A program made the position numbers and the translations under genes. Of a stretch of 64,000 bases of DNA, positions 1 through 9,372 are shown piece after piece. The notes below the pieces were generated by a model. That model saw only the letters and a program-made list of their open reading frames with translations. It did no database searches and had not been told where the DNA came from. This DNA comes from an uncultured cyanobacterium (GTDB lineage Bacteria > Cyanobacteriota > Cyanobacteriia > Cyanobacteriales > Nostocaceae). Every line of letters starts with the position of its first letter. Position 1 is the first letter of the stretch. The stretch is taken from positions 1,120,001 through 1,184,000 of the forward strand of contig OY970166.1 of assembly GCA_963706595.1 (NCBI GenBank). Direction: 5' to 3'.

Positions 1-1262
1 AAACTATCTAACTCATCCTGTGCCGCCTTACCAGTAATTAATTGTGCTTGCATTTCTTCCACTCGGTGGCGAGATGCAGAGAAGTGAGACAGATTTAAAC
101 GTTTAACCAACCACGGTAAACTCACACCCTGTCCCACCAGAGACAGCAACACCGTACCAAATACAATGGCAATTATGGTTTCTCGTCCTACCAGTCCAAT
201 GGGTAAACTTAACGCCAACACCATCGACAGCGAACCCTTAATATTACCAAGAAACAAAACGTGCTGCCAACGCCACGGTATAGTCCGGTCAAACCAACCC
301 ACCATTGCTAACAATGGATACACAGAAACCATCCGTCCCGTTTGGTAAGCCAGAATTGCTAACAACACCGCAGGCAAAGTATACCAAAGAGTTGTGAGGT
401 TAACTTCTAAACCAATTAACAAAAAAATCAAGCTATTAACACCAAAACCCAGAGATTCCCAAAAAGTCAGTAATGTCAAACGAGTCGAAGCCGAGACATT
501 ACCCCCAATACCTTTTGTACCCACAATTAAGCCAGCCACCACCACTGCGACCACACCGGATACACCCAGCAACTGCCCAGCTTGAAAAGCTCCCAAAGCT
601 ACCGCCATTGTCAGTAAAATACTACTAAGCGGCTCATCAGACCGCACAAATAAACCCGTACTCAAATAGCCCAGAATCAAGCCCACCAAAGTACCACCCA
701 CAATCACCACCAAAAATTCTCGGAATCCATCCAGGATTGTGAGTGAACCAGCCGCATTAAATTGTAAAATTAAGCTAAATAAAACCAACGCCACACCATC
801 GTTAAATAAGCTTTCTCCTTCCACAATGGTAGAAAGACGCGAAGGAACCGGCACTTCTTTGAACACAGCAATCATGGAAACAGTATCAGTGATTGCTAAA
901 ATCACCCCAGCTAATAGTGCTTGTATCCAATCGATTCCCAGTCCCCACTTTAAAAGTATTGCTGTCACCCCAGAAGAAATCACAACTCCCGGACCCGCTA
1001 ATAAAGCAATGGGTTTAACGGTGCTACGCAGACGACTGATATCAGTATTAATAGCTGCTTCAAACACCAAAATTGGTAAACACAAATTTAAAATGAGAGA
1101 ATCATTTAAACCAATGCGGAGTGGTAGGAATTCAGTAATTGCCAATCCCGCCAGCACTAAACCCGCGACATAAGGAACTTTTAACCGCCGGGATAGCAGC
1201 GCCACAGCTGTAGCAACCAACAGGAGAATAATTGAAACCTTGACTAATTCGGTAACATTCAC
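1..1262 (-). CDS. CPA1-family Na+/H+ antiporter (3' end runs off the window)
   Basis: Not in the ORF track because its stop is outside the window. Read manually from GTG at 1262: MNVTELVKVSIILLLVATAVALLSRRLKVPYVAGLVLAG..., later TIVEGESLFNDGVALV and GNIKGSLSMVLAL, which are CPA1/NhaP motifs. Confidence 0.9.
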   Translation of the reverse strand, partial: MNVTELVKVSIILLLVATAVALLSRRLKVPYVAGLVLAGLAITEFLPLRIGLNDSLILNLCLPILVFEAAINTDISRLRSTVKPIALLAGPGVVISSGVTAILLKWGLGIDWIQALLAGVILAITDTVSMIAVFKEVPVPSRLSTIVEGESLFNDGVALVLFSLILQFNAAGSLTILDGFREFLVVIVGGTLVGLILGYLSTGLFVRSDEPLSSILLTMAVALGAFQAGQLLGVSGVVAVVVAGLIVGTKGIGGNVSASTRLTLLTFWESLGFGVNSLIFLLIGLEVNLTTLWYTLPAVLLAILAYQTGRMVSVYPLLAMVGWFDRTIPWRWQHVLFLGNIKGSLSMVLALSLPIGLVGRETIIAIVFGTVLLSLVGQGVSLPWLVKRLNLSHFSASRHRVEEMQAQLITGKAAQDELDS

Positions 1263-1352
1263 GTAAATTTTGACAAGTTATTTGACTGTGCTGATAAATT
1301 CTAATCTGAAGCGTAGGTTCACAAAGGCAGTTTTTTCCATCTGACTGAAGAG

Positions 1353-1475
1353 GCAGGGGAGCAGGGAGCAGGGAGCAAGGGGGAGTTAGAAATTATTTTA
1401 AACTTCCGGTTACTTAACAACCATTCTTCTTCTCCCCTGCCCCCTGCCCCCTGCCCCCGTTCCTCTTCTCCCCCA
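1353..1475. repeat. Dispersed ~120-bp repeat with GGGAGCA/TGCCCCC heptamer arms; second copy at 50245-50359
   Basis: Core AGAAATTATTTTAAACTT(C/T)CGGTTACTTAACAACCATTCTTCTTCTCCCCTGCCCCCTGCCCC is near-identical at both sites. Confidence 0.85.
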
Positions 1476-1522
1476 TTCCCTCTCAAACAAAGTTAAATGC
1501 AAAAATATACCAAGTTTTACTT

Positions 1523-3088
1523 ATGAACATGGAATCAGCCATTGGTGAAGAAATTATCACCACTAATCTCAAGCAGTTTCTGTTGGTACTTTCGGTATCT
1601 TTAGGGGTAGCGACGTTACCGCAGATATTTAGTTGGTTTCGCCACATACCTTATACATTACTCCTGGTGATTGTCGGCTTAGGGCTGGCCTTTGTTGATG
1701 TCCGCCTTGTCACCCTGTCCCCGGAATTAATTTTGTTCATTTTTTTACCGCCGTTGTTGTTTGAAGCTGCCTGGAATTTGCGCTGGGCGGAGTTAAAGCG
1801 CAATTTGGTGACAATTTGTCTGTATGCAGTTTTGGGGGTAGTAATTTCTATTGCAGGCATCGCGATTGGTCTAAATCAACTAGCGGGGATATCTTTAACT
1901 ACAGCTTTGCTGATTGGTGCGAGTTTATCTGCCACTGACCCGGTTTCTGTGACTGCTTTATTCCGCGAATTGGGCGTGGGTAAAAGTCTCACCACCATGA
2001 TGGAAGGCGAAAGCTTGTTTAATGATGGCATGGCGGTGGTGGCTTTTGGTTTTTTGGTGGCGTTGTCTTTGGGAAATGCCGAATTGGGTTTCCAGCCAAT
2101 TTTGTTGCAGCTGGTGATGGTGATTGGTATTGGCGTAGCCGTGGGAGGATTAATTGGCTTTGGCATTTCTTATCTGACCCAACGCTTTGATTTACCAATG
2201 GTGGAACAGTCTTTAACTCTGGTTTCTGCTTACGGTACTTACTTGGTTATTGAAGAGTTGGGTGGTTCGGGTGTAATTGGAGTTGTCACCACAGGGTTGA
2301 TTTTAGGTAACTTTGGTTCTCGCGTCGGTATGAATCCCCGAACTAGGGTGATTGTTTCGGAATTTTGGGAATTTTTAGCTTATTTTGTCAACTCGATTGT
2401 CTTTTTGTTGATTGGTGACCAAATTCGCTTTGCTGTTTTGGGCGAAAACTTGCAAATCATTGGTATCACAGTAGCGGCCATGATTTTGATGCGGGCTGTG
2501 GCTATTTATCTTCTCAGTAAATTGAGTGCTGCGATTACGCAATATCAAATTCCTTTTCCTGAACAAACCGTTTTATGGTGGGGTGGGGTACGCGGTTCTG
2601 TTTCTATCGCCTTAGCTTTAAGTGTACCCATAGGACTACCAGAGCGAGAAACAATCATTGCGACGGTGTTTGGAGTAGTTTTATTTACTCTCCTTGTCCA
2701 AGGATTGACGATTAAACCTTTGTTACAGAAGCTGAATCTTTTGGGTGATGCACCTCTACGTGAGCGATATTCTGAACTGGCTACCCGTCATGTCGCTTTA
2801 GAACGGGTTTTGCAACACCTCCAGTCAGATAACCGTCCAGGTATTGACCCTGAGTTTTACCGTTATCAAGAGACGCTGATTAAAGGGGAGATGGAAAATC
2901 TGCAAACGAAAATTGATAAGTTACAGGTTGAGTATCCTAATCTCCGCACCTTTATAACTGAACAGTTTCGGGAGGAACTTTTGGCTATTGAGGCTGATAC
3001 TTATGCAGAGTTTGTCAAGGCTGGTCGCTTAAATACGGAATTAGCCCCGATGCTTGAAGATGTTTGGGAAAATGGGGATAGTCATTAA
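1523..3088 (+). CDS. CPA1/NhaP-type Na+/H+ antiporter
   Basis: 521 aa, many TM segments, motifs SATDPVSV, EGESLFNDG, WGGVRGSVSIALAL, and a soluble C-terminal tail. Confidence 0.93.
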   Translation: MNMESAIGEEIITTNLKQFLLVLSVSLGVATLPQIFSWFRHIPYTLLLVIVGLGLAFVDVRLVTLSPELILFIFLPPLLFEAAWNLRWAELKRNLVTICLYAVLGVVISIAGIAIGLNQLAGISLTTALLIGASLSATDPVSVTALFRELGVGKSLTTMMEGESLFNDGMAVVAFGFLVALSLGNAELGFQPILLQLVMVIGIGVAVGGLIGFGISYLTQRFDLPMVEQSLTLVSAYGTYLVIEELGGSGVIGVVTTGLILGNFGSRVGMNPRTRVIVSEFWEFLAYFVNSIVFLLIGDQIRFAVLGENLQIIGITVAAMILMRAVAIYLLSKLSAAITQYQIPFPEQTVLWWGGVRGSVSIALALSVPIGLPERETIIATVFGVVLFTLLVQGLTIKPLLQKLNLLGDAPLRERYSELATRHVALERVLQHLQSDNRPGIDPEFYRYQETLIKGEMENLQTKIDKLQVEYPNLRTFITEQFREELLAIEADTYAEFVKAGRLNTELAPMLEDVWENGDSH

Positions 3089-3434
3089 TCAGAGGAGTTT
3101 GGCGATCGCATTATCATCTTGACATCCAATATGGACTCCAACTGCAACAAAATTTCTTTTGAGCAAACTCCTAGTAATGTGCTGTTAGTTAAAGTTTGCC
3201 CATTGTTGATCTAGAGTGTGGGTTTTTAGTTGTTTGAGGGTGCGAGTTAGAAAGAATTTGTTTTCACCAAAGTACAAGTATGTTGGCATGGTAGTACGGC
3301 AATTGTATTGTCGTACATGAGCGTTAGCTATTAGACAAAATCTATGGTATTCCTATAATGTTCGCGTAATTCCTTTACATTAGTCTAAATTTGACATTAT
3401 TTTGAATTTCACGTATTATCACTGTAGATTTACT

Positions 3435-3528
3435 TACAGCTATTTTCAGGTAAATAGACCACGCGGTAGGGGCGCAAGGCCTTGCGCCCCTACTACAGAT
3501 GTGGTTCAAATAGATGAAAACTGCTGTA
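3435..3528. repeat. Miniature inverted-repeat element with a perfect internal 28-bp palindrome
   Basis: Ends TACAGCTATTTTCA...TGAAAACTGCTGTA; core GTAGGGGCGCAAGGCCTTGCGCCCCTAC at 3466-3493. Confidence 0.75.
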
Positions 3529-3578
3529 AATAAAACTTGTTCACCGAAATTTGCATTAGTAAAAATACTGTAGCACGT

Positions 3579-4631
3579 ATGAAATCAAATTTAGTAAAAG
3601 TTTCTGCTTTGATTGCTGGTTTATCAATAGCAACAGCGACAGTTAGCGTAACTAAAGTTGCTGAAGCTGTACCCCAGGATAGCAAGCTACAGTTTGTCCA
3701 AGATACGCAATCTGAGACTCAACCTGAAGTAATAAAAGAACAAATAGGCAAACTGAAGATTGTTAATAATACCCCTTTTATTGCCATAGTGCAACTGTAT
3801 CAGCCTAACGCAGACCAACCTGATAGATATGCTTACATTCCGCCTTGCTACGAAAGAAGTCTTCTCAATACATATAGTAATTTGTGGCAAGTCAGTTTTA
3901 ATAGTCAGGGGAAAAAAGCTATCGGCGATGTTTCGGAGAAGAAAGGAAACACTTTTGTCGTTAGAACATCTAACCTGAATCAGGATACAAATCGGACTTG
4001 CCTATATAAACTCACAGCAGAACCTGTTGTTGAAATACCATGGCAAGAGTTCTTGGCATTAGGGAAGACTGCATTTAAGAATATCGAGAAGTTACCAATT
4101 CCAGATTGGTTAAAGATGGACAATTTAGCAAGAATAAAAGCAAAATTAGACTTGCATTTCTTCAATTCTTTGCCAATAGAAATACAAATTTTAGGACAAC
4201 CTAAAGTTCAGGAAATTCAAGAATTATTATCATCATTATCACCAAATATTAGTGGAGGCAAAAAGACATTTTATAAAAGCAAAAAGGTATTTGATGAATT
4301 GTGGCAAAAGAATGGATTACCTCCTACTACAGATGAAGAGTTCACAAAAATTTCTAATTTTGCCTCTACAATCAATGACCAAAATCAAACAATAATGGCT
4401 ATGTTACCAAAAAATACAGTTTTTAATGGAAACCCTATTCAACAAGCACAAGGTGGTACAGGTGTTACCAACGTGTCTGCTAAGGAAGCATTAAGTTTCG
4501 CGTCAGTTATTTATAAAAACGATTTATTTCGAGTTTCTTCGATAATAGACTTTTCAAAATGGTATGCCTCTTCTGAATCTCAATCAAAACCCGCATCAGG
4601 AGCGTATAATGTAGCGGCATTAAATAATTAA
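3579..4631 (+). CDS. Hypothetical protein with a probable N-terminal signal peptide
   Basis: Long AT-rich ORF. ATG 3579 (MKSNLVKVSALIAGLSIATATVSVTKVAEA) is preferred over TTG 3537. No family recognised. Confidence 0.7.
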   Translation: MKSNLVKVSALIAGLSIATATVSVTKVAEAVPQDSKLQFVQDTQSETQPEVIKEQIGKLKIVNNTPFIAIVQLYQPNADQPDRYAYIPPCYERSLLNTYSNLWQVSFNSQGKKAIGDVSEKKGNTFVVRTSNLNQDTNRTCLYKLTAEPVVEIPWQEFLALGKTAFKNIEKLPIPDWLKMDNLARIKAKLDLHFFNSLPIEIQILGQPKVQEIQELLSSLSPNISGGKKTFYKSKKVFDELWQKNGLPPTTDEEFTKISNFASTINDQNQTIMAMLPKNTVFNGNPIQQAQGGTGVTNVSAKEALSFASVIYKNDLFRVSSIIDFSKWYASSESQSKPASGAYNVAALNN

Positions 4632-4765
4632 TCACTTACTTAATTCAATGCAATAGATATCTCCAAAACTTAGAAGGAGTCCTTGTTTTATAGTATTTCA
4701 TCAGCTTTTTTGAAGATATCTATATTTTTAGTTCCAGGAAAAATAATTAAAAAGGATAGCCAAAC

Positions 4766-5128
4766 ATGACGAGTTATATTCAATTTACAACCGAAGATAA
4801 TGAAACTATTTTAGTTGAGATTGATGCAGCAGAAATTTCTTCTAAAAAAGGAACAACAGTAAAAGTTGGACTAAAAGACAACCTTCAAGGTACTGTTGCA
4901 ATGGCTCAAAGCGTATTCTCAACGGCTATTAAAAGTGCAATTAAATACAATGTTCAAGGCTTGATTGAAGCTGTTCATAGCTTACCAAAACCTCCCAGTG
5001 AAGTTGAGATTACGTTTGGGTTAAAAGTAACAGCGGAAGTTGGGAACGTTGCTGTTGGCAAAATAAATGGCGATACAAATTACGCCGTCAAGTTAGTGTG
5101 GAAGGCAGCTTCAAATGAGTCTAAGTAA
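4766..5128 (+). CDS. Trypco1 (trypsin co-occurring / CU044_2847-like) small protein
   Basis: 120 aa with an N-terminal ILVEID strand and C-terminal PSEVEITFGLKVTAEVGNVAVGKINGDTNYAVKLVW. Overlaps the downstream trypsin-domain gene; AAGGA RBS upstream. Confidence 0.8.
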   Translation: MTSYIQFTTEDNETILVEIDAAEISSKKGTTVKVGLKDNLQGTVAMAQSVFSTAIKSAIKYNVQGLIEAVHSLPKPPSEVEITFGLKVTAEVGNVAVGKINGDTNYAVKLVWKAASNESK

Positions 5129-8100
5129 AACACAAAACGAGCTTCAAGCTGGTATTGTTCGCATTTTAGATTCAGATTCAGATTCAGATACTGCTGGCAC
5201 GGGCTTTATTGTCTCTGATAAATTAGTTGTTACCTGCGCCCATGTAATTAGTCAAGAAGAAACACCACCAGAAACTGTAGATTTAGTTTTCCTCGTAGAT
5301 GATCAGAAAATGTTTACAGCGGTGGTAGTGGCAGAGTATTGGCGTGATCAAGAACACGAAGATTTAGCTATCCTGCGGTTACAAGAACCCTTGCCTGCAA
5401 AAGCTATTCCTTTGAAGTTGGGGACTTCGATACAAATTGAAGGTCATCAATTTAAAGCCTACGGCTTTCCCCAGAGTAAACAAAATAATGGAGTGTGGGG
5501 TAAAGGAGAGATTGTTGGTCAAACTAAACATGAAAAAAATAATTGTGATTTAATTCAATTGAATAGCAATGAAATTACAAAGGGTTTCAGTGGCGGGCCA
5601 GTTTTAGATCAAAACACTAATCGCGTTGTAGGCGTAATAGTAGAGCGGACATCGCCAGATAAAGGTTACGAAGAGATAAGCACCAAAACAGAAAAAATAT
5701 CGTTTCCAGTTTTAACAGGACGAGGAATTGATACCGCGTTTGCTATTCCCACTTCTGTTTTATGCGAAGTTTGCCCCGAATTAAAAATCGCAGATATTTG
5801 TCCCTATGTAGGATTATCTGCATTCACCGAGGCAGATAAAGATTATTTTCATGGACGAAACAAATTAATTACAAATTTAGCCAAGAACTTGCGAGATTAT
5901 CCCTACTTTTTGGCTGTTGTTGGATCTTCTGGTAGTGGGAAGTCCTCAGTTGTTCGGGCAGGATTGTTTGCGGAACTAAAACAAAACTCAATTTTGGGTT
6001 TTGAAAATAGTAGAATTATTCAATTTCGTCCTGGGAATGACCCCAAAGAATCACTGGTAAAGGCTTTACAATCCGAAATTGAAACAAATAACTTTTGGGA
6101 AGAATTTGCAAAATATTTGGACTTACCACACTTACAAAATCGCACTATTATTTTTATCGATCAATTTGAAGAATTATTTGCCCTCTGTTCTCCACCTGTT
6201 CAAAAAGATTTTACAGAAGGATTGTTCAATCAGATAAAAAAATCTTCGTTTATTACCCTGATTATCACAATTCGTGCAGATTTCTATGAACCTTTGCAAA
6301 ATTCATGTTTTGGGGATTGGCTCAAAGGTGGTCAAGTAAATGTAAAATCTATGACTGATGAGGAAGTTAAGTCTGCTATCACCAACCCTGCAAGAAAAGT
6401 AGGATTACAAATACAACCTGGATTAGTAGGGATAATTGCTAGAGATATTAAAAATATAAGGCATTTTTTACCATTATTAGAGTTTACATTAACAGAACTA
6501 TGGAAGAAGGAGCATAAAAATAATTGCTTAACTTATGAAGGTTATTCAAGCATAGGAGGAGTAACAGGATCACTTGTCCAAAAAGCAGAAGAAACTTTTC
6601 ATAAATTGAATCAATTAGAGCGACAATTAACTCGTCAGATTTTTACGCGACTGATTAACTATGGTTCAGCAAATATTCCAGATACCCGACTTCCTCCTTT
6701 GTCTATAGAAGAGCTAGAAGTCAAGAGTAAAGAAAATCAAGACATTCGTAACCTAGTTACAAAGTTTGCAGATGCACGTTTATTAGTTACAAGTTTTGAT
6801 GAGGGGAGTCGTAAAGAAACTGTAGAAATTATTCATGAGGCTTTAATTCTTTACTGGAAACGCTTAGACGATTGGGTGAAAGAAGACCGTGAGAACTTGC
6901 TACTGCGTCAGACTATTGATCAACAAGCTTTAGAATGGGACGATAATAACAGAAACAAAGGAGATTTAGCGTTATCAGAGAAACGCTTAAAATCTGCTGA
7001 GGCTTTATTGGAACAGGAAAACTTTTTAAGTGAAGTTCAGGTTGATTATGTAAAAGCTTGTTTGGATAGGCGCAAGAAAGAGGAAGAACGCCAAGCCCGT
7101 GAAAAGTCTCTGACGCAAGAGAATTTAGAAGAAAAGATTTCTAAACTTGCTGAAGCCGCACGGAATGATTCAAAGGATAACAAAAAGCTGGCTGCGCTTA
7201 CCAAACTAATAAAAGCAGGAAACTTACTTCAAGAATCACCCAATCCTGAAATTTGTGCGGACGTAAAATTGCATTTTCTCATAACTTTTGGGCAAATCTT
7301 TGACGAAATTGCAGAAAAGAATAGTTTTGATGGACATATAAGTTGGATAACCGGAGTAGGCTTCAGTCCAGACAGTCAAACAATTGCTTCTTCTAGTAGT
7401 GATAAAACTGTTAAGCTCTGGAGTTTTGATGGGAATTTGTTGCAAACTTTAGAGGGACATGAAGATGAGGTGATGGATGTTAGTTTCAGCCCTGACGGCG
7501 AAATGATCGCCTCTGTAAGTCAGGATAAAACTATTAGACTTTGGAAAAAATCTACAGACACTAAAATTCAGTGGATACTAGATAAGACTCTAGAAGGTCA
7601 TAGTGGTTGGATTGTTGGTGTTAGTTTCAGTCCAGACAGTCAAATAATTGCTTCTGCTAGTGAAGATAAAACCGTCAAGCTTTGGCACAAAAATGGAAAC
7701 CTGTTACATACTTTTAGTGATCATACAGATGGTGTGATCAATGTGGCGTTTAGTCCAGACGGTAAGCTGATTGCTTCTGCTAGTAAAGACCATACTATTA
7801 AACTTTGGGACTTGGAAAAAAAAGAGCTAAAAAGCAGTTCTGAAGAGCATTGGGCGGAAGTTTCAGCAGTAAGTTTTGGACTTGATAGCAAAACTTTTAT
7901 CTCAAGTGGTTGGGATAAACTTGTCATGTTCTGGAAAATCGACGAAAATGTTCCATCAGTCATACGCAGTGAAGGGCATGAAGCAAAAGTTTACTATGTT
8001 ACGTTCAGTCCAGATGGTGAAACAATCGCCGCAGTTAGCCAAGATAGTCTGATTACTCTCTGGAATAAAAATGGTGATTCTAAAAGAACTTTTAAGGGAC

Positions 8101-9149
8101 ATAAAGACAGCGTTACAAAAGTCAGTTTTAGTGCTGATAGCAAAACTCTTGTTTCTGGTAGTCTTGATGGAACTATAAAAATTTGGGATTGCACTAGGAA
8201 GTTTAATGGACATTCTAGTGAAATTTTAAAGATTGATTTCAGCTTGGATGGTGAGACAATTGCTACAGTCAGTGAAGACGGAACTGTCAAAATTTGGCAT
8301 CGTAATGGTGAACTGCTAAGTAGCTTTCAAGGTAATGATGGCGCGGTTTTTGATATTAAATTTAATCCAGACGGAAAAACTATTGCTACTGCTAGTCAAA
8401 ATAAAGTAAAAATTTGGAATTTTAAAGGCAAGAAGAAAGAAAGCTTTTCAGAATATAACAGCTTTGTTAGTAGCATTAACTTTAATCCAGAAGGAACAGA
8501 GATTGCAATAGGCTATGATGATGGAACGGTAATACTTTGGAATATTGATGATGAAGAAAGTAGAATTTTAACAAACGATACTGAAACAAAGCATATTGAG
8601 AAAGTCTATATGCTCACTTTCAGCCCTCAAGGAACAATGATTGCTACAGCTAGTGCTGACAAGACTGTGAAGCTATGGGATCTTAACGGTGAGTTACTTG
8701 CCCATAGAGAGTATGAAAGTTCTGCTTATTATGTCAGTTTTAGTCACGATGGCAGACTAATTGCTACAGCTAGTATGACAGAAAATTATGCTCACCAAAT
8801 TGAACTTTGGCATCCTAATAATAACTATCAACAAATACTTAAAGGAAATTTTAACAGTCTGGTAATGGGACTCGGTTTTATTGCTGAGGGTAAAATTGTT
8901 GCTGCAATTAGCGATGATCAAACTATAACACTCTGGAATACTGCTGATGGAAAATTGCTACAGACTATTGAGGGAAATCATAATTCCTCCATTAGTGCTG
9001 CTTGTATTTTTAGTTCACAGAATGAAAAAAGTGCGATCACTGTAGCTAATTCTGAAAATAGGATTAGTTTGTGGAGCTTAAGCTTAGATGAATTATTAAG
9101 TAATAGCAACAACCAGATTCAAGATTATCTCTCTCGTGTCTCTCATTAA
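5115..9149 (+). CDS. Trypsin-like serine protease + STAND (nSTAND1-like) NTPase + WD40 repeat protein
   Basis: GTGF...TCAHV, DLAIL and GFSGGPV (complete triad); CPYVGLSAF, Walker A GSSGSGKSS, Walker B IFIDQFEELF, LPLLEFTLTELW, EIIHEALI; roughly 14 GH...FSPD...W WD40 repeats. Confidence 0.92.
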   Translation: MSLSKTQNELQAGIVRILDSDSDSDTAGTGFIVSDKLVVTCAHVISQEETPPETVDLVFLVDDQKMFTAVVVAEYWRDQEHEDLAILRLQEPLPAKAIPLKLGTSIQIEGHQFKAYGFPQSKQNNGVWGKGEIVGQTKHEKNNCDLIQLNSNEITKGFSGGPVLDQNTNRVVGVIVERTSPDKGYEEISTKTEKISFPVLTGRGIDTAFAIPTSVLCEVCPELKIADICPYVGLSAFTEADKDYFHGRNKLITNLAKNLRDYPYFLAVVGSSGSGKSSVVRAGLFAELKQNSILGFENSRIIQFRPGNDPKESLVKALQSEIETNNFWEEFAKYLDLPHLQNRTIIFIDQFEELFALCSPPVQKDFTEGLFNQIKKSSFITLIITIRADFYEPLQNSCFGDWLKGGQVNVKSMTDEEVKSAITNPARKVGLQIQPGLVGIIARDIKNIRHFLPLLEFTLTELWKKEHKNNCLTYEGYSSIGGVTGSLVQKAEETFHKLNQLERQLTRQIFTRLINYGSANIPDTRLPPLSIEELEVKSKENQDIRNLVTKFADARLLVTSFDEGSRKETVEIIHEALILYWKRLDDWVKEDRENLLLRQTIDQQALEWDDNNRNKGDLALSEKRLKSAEALLEQENFLSEVQVDYVKACLDRRKKEEERQAREKSLTQENLEEKISKLAEAARNDSKDNKKLAALTKLIKAGNLLQESPNPEICADVKLHFLITFGQIFDEIAEKNSFDGHISWITGVGFSPDSQTIASSSSDKTVKLWSFDGNLLQTLEGHEDEVMDVSFSPDGEMIASVSQDKTIRLWKKSTDTKIQWILDKTLEGHSGWIVGVSFSPDSQIIASASEDKTVKLWHKNGNLLHTFSDHTDGVINVAFSPDGKLIASASKDHTIKLWDLEKKELKSSSEEHWAEVSAVSFGLDSKTFISSGWDKLVMFWKIDENVPSVIRSEGHEAKVYYVTFSPDGETIAAVSQDSLITLWNKNGDSKRTFKGHKDSVTKVSFSADSKTLVSGSLDGTIKIWDCTRKFNGHSSEILKIDFSLDGETIATVSEDGTVKIWHRNGELLSSFQGNDGAVFDIKFNPDGKTIATASQNKVKIWNFKGKKKESFSEYNSFVSSINFNPEGTEIAIGYDDGTVILWNIDDEESRILTNDTETKHIEKVYMLTFSPQGTMIATASADKTVKLWDLNGELLAHREYESSAYYVSFSHDGRLIATASMTENYAHQIELWHPNNNYQQILKGNFNSLVMGLGFIAEGKIVAAISDDQTITLWNTADGKLLQTIEGNHNSSISAACIFSSQNEKSAITVANSENRISLWSLSLDELLSNSNNQIQDYLSRVSH

Positions 9150-9372
9150 AATCCCCAGTCTTGAAGTACGTGTATCTACCGTATCCGCGTTGCATTTGAT
9201 TGAAGCGTAACAAGTTAATACGTTAATGTTTTACTTACTTATGTTCCGTACACAATCGCTCTCATTATCAGTATAATCCCCCATTCAAAACAGACTCAAC
9301 TGCGCTTTAGCAAGGATTTCCAAATCAATTTTGATAAGCGATCGCCTAAGTGTAAAAATGAATAAAGTCGAG

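Noticed and set aside
166..1173. Plus-strand ORFs 166-348, 394-585 and 739-1173
   Set aside because: Antisense shadows of the minus-strand antiporter; no independent protein features.
5168..5189. (GATTCA)x3 microrepeat encoding DSDSDSD at the start of the protease domain
   Set aside because: In-frame hexamer expansion in a probable loop; cannot switch the frame and is too short to support phase variation.
7330..9080. Repetitive WD40-coding DNA as a diversity-generating retroelement target or hypervariable repeat array
   Set aside because: The repeats are clearly diverged at DNA level; no near-identical template/variable pair and no reverse transcriptase were seen.
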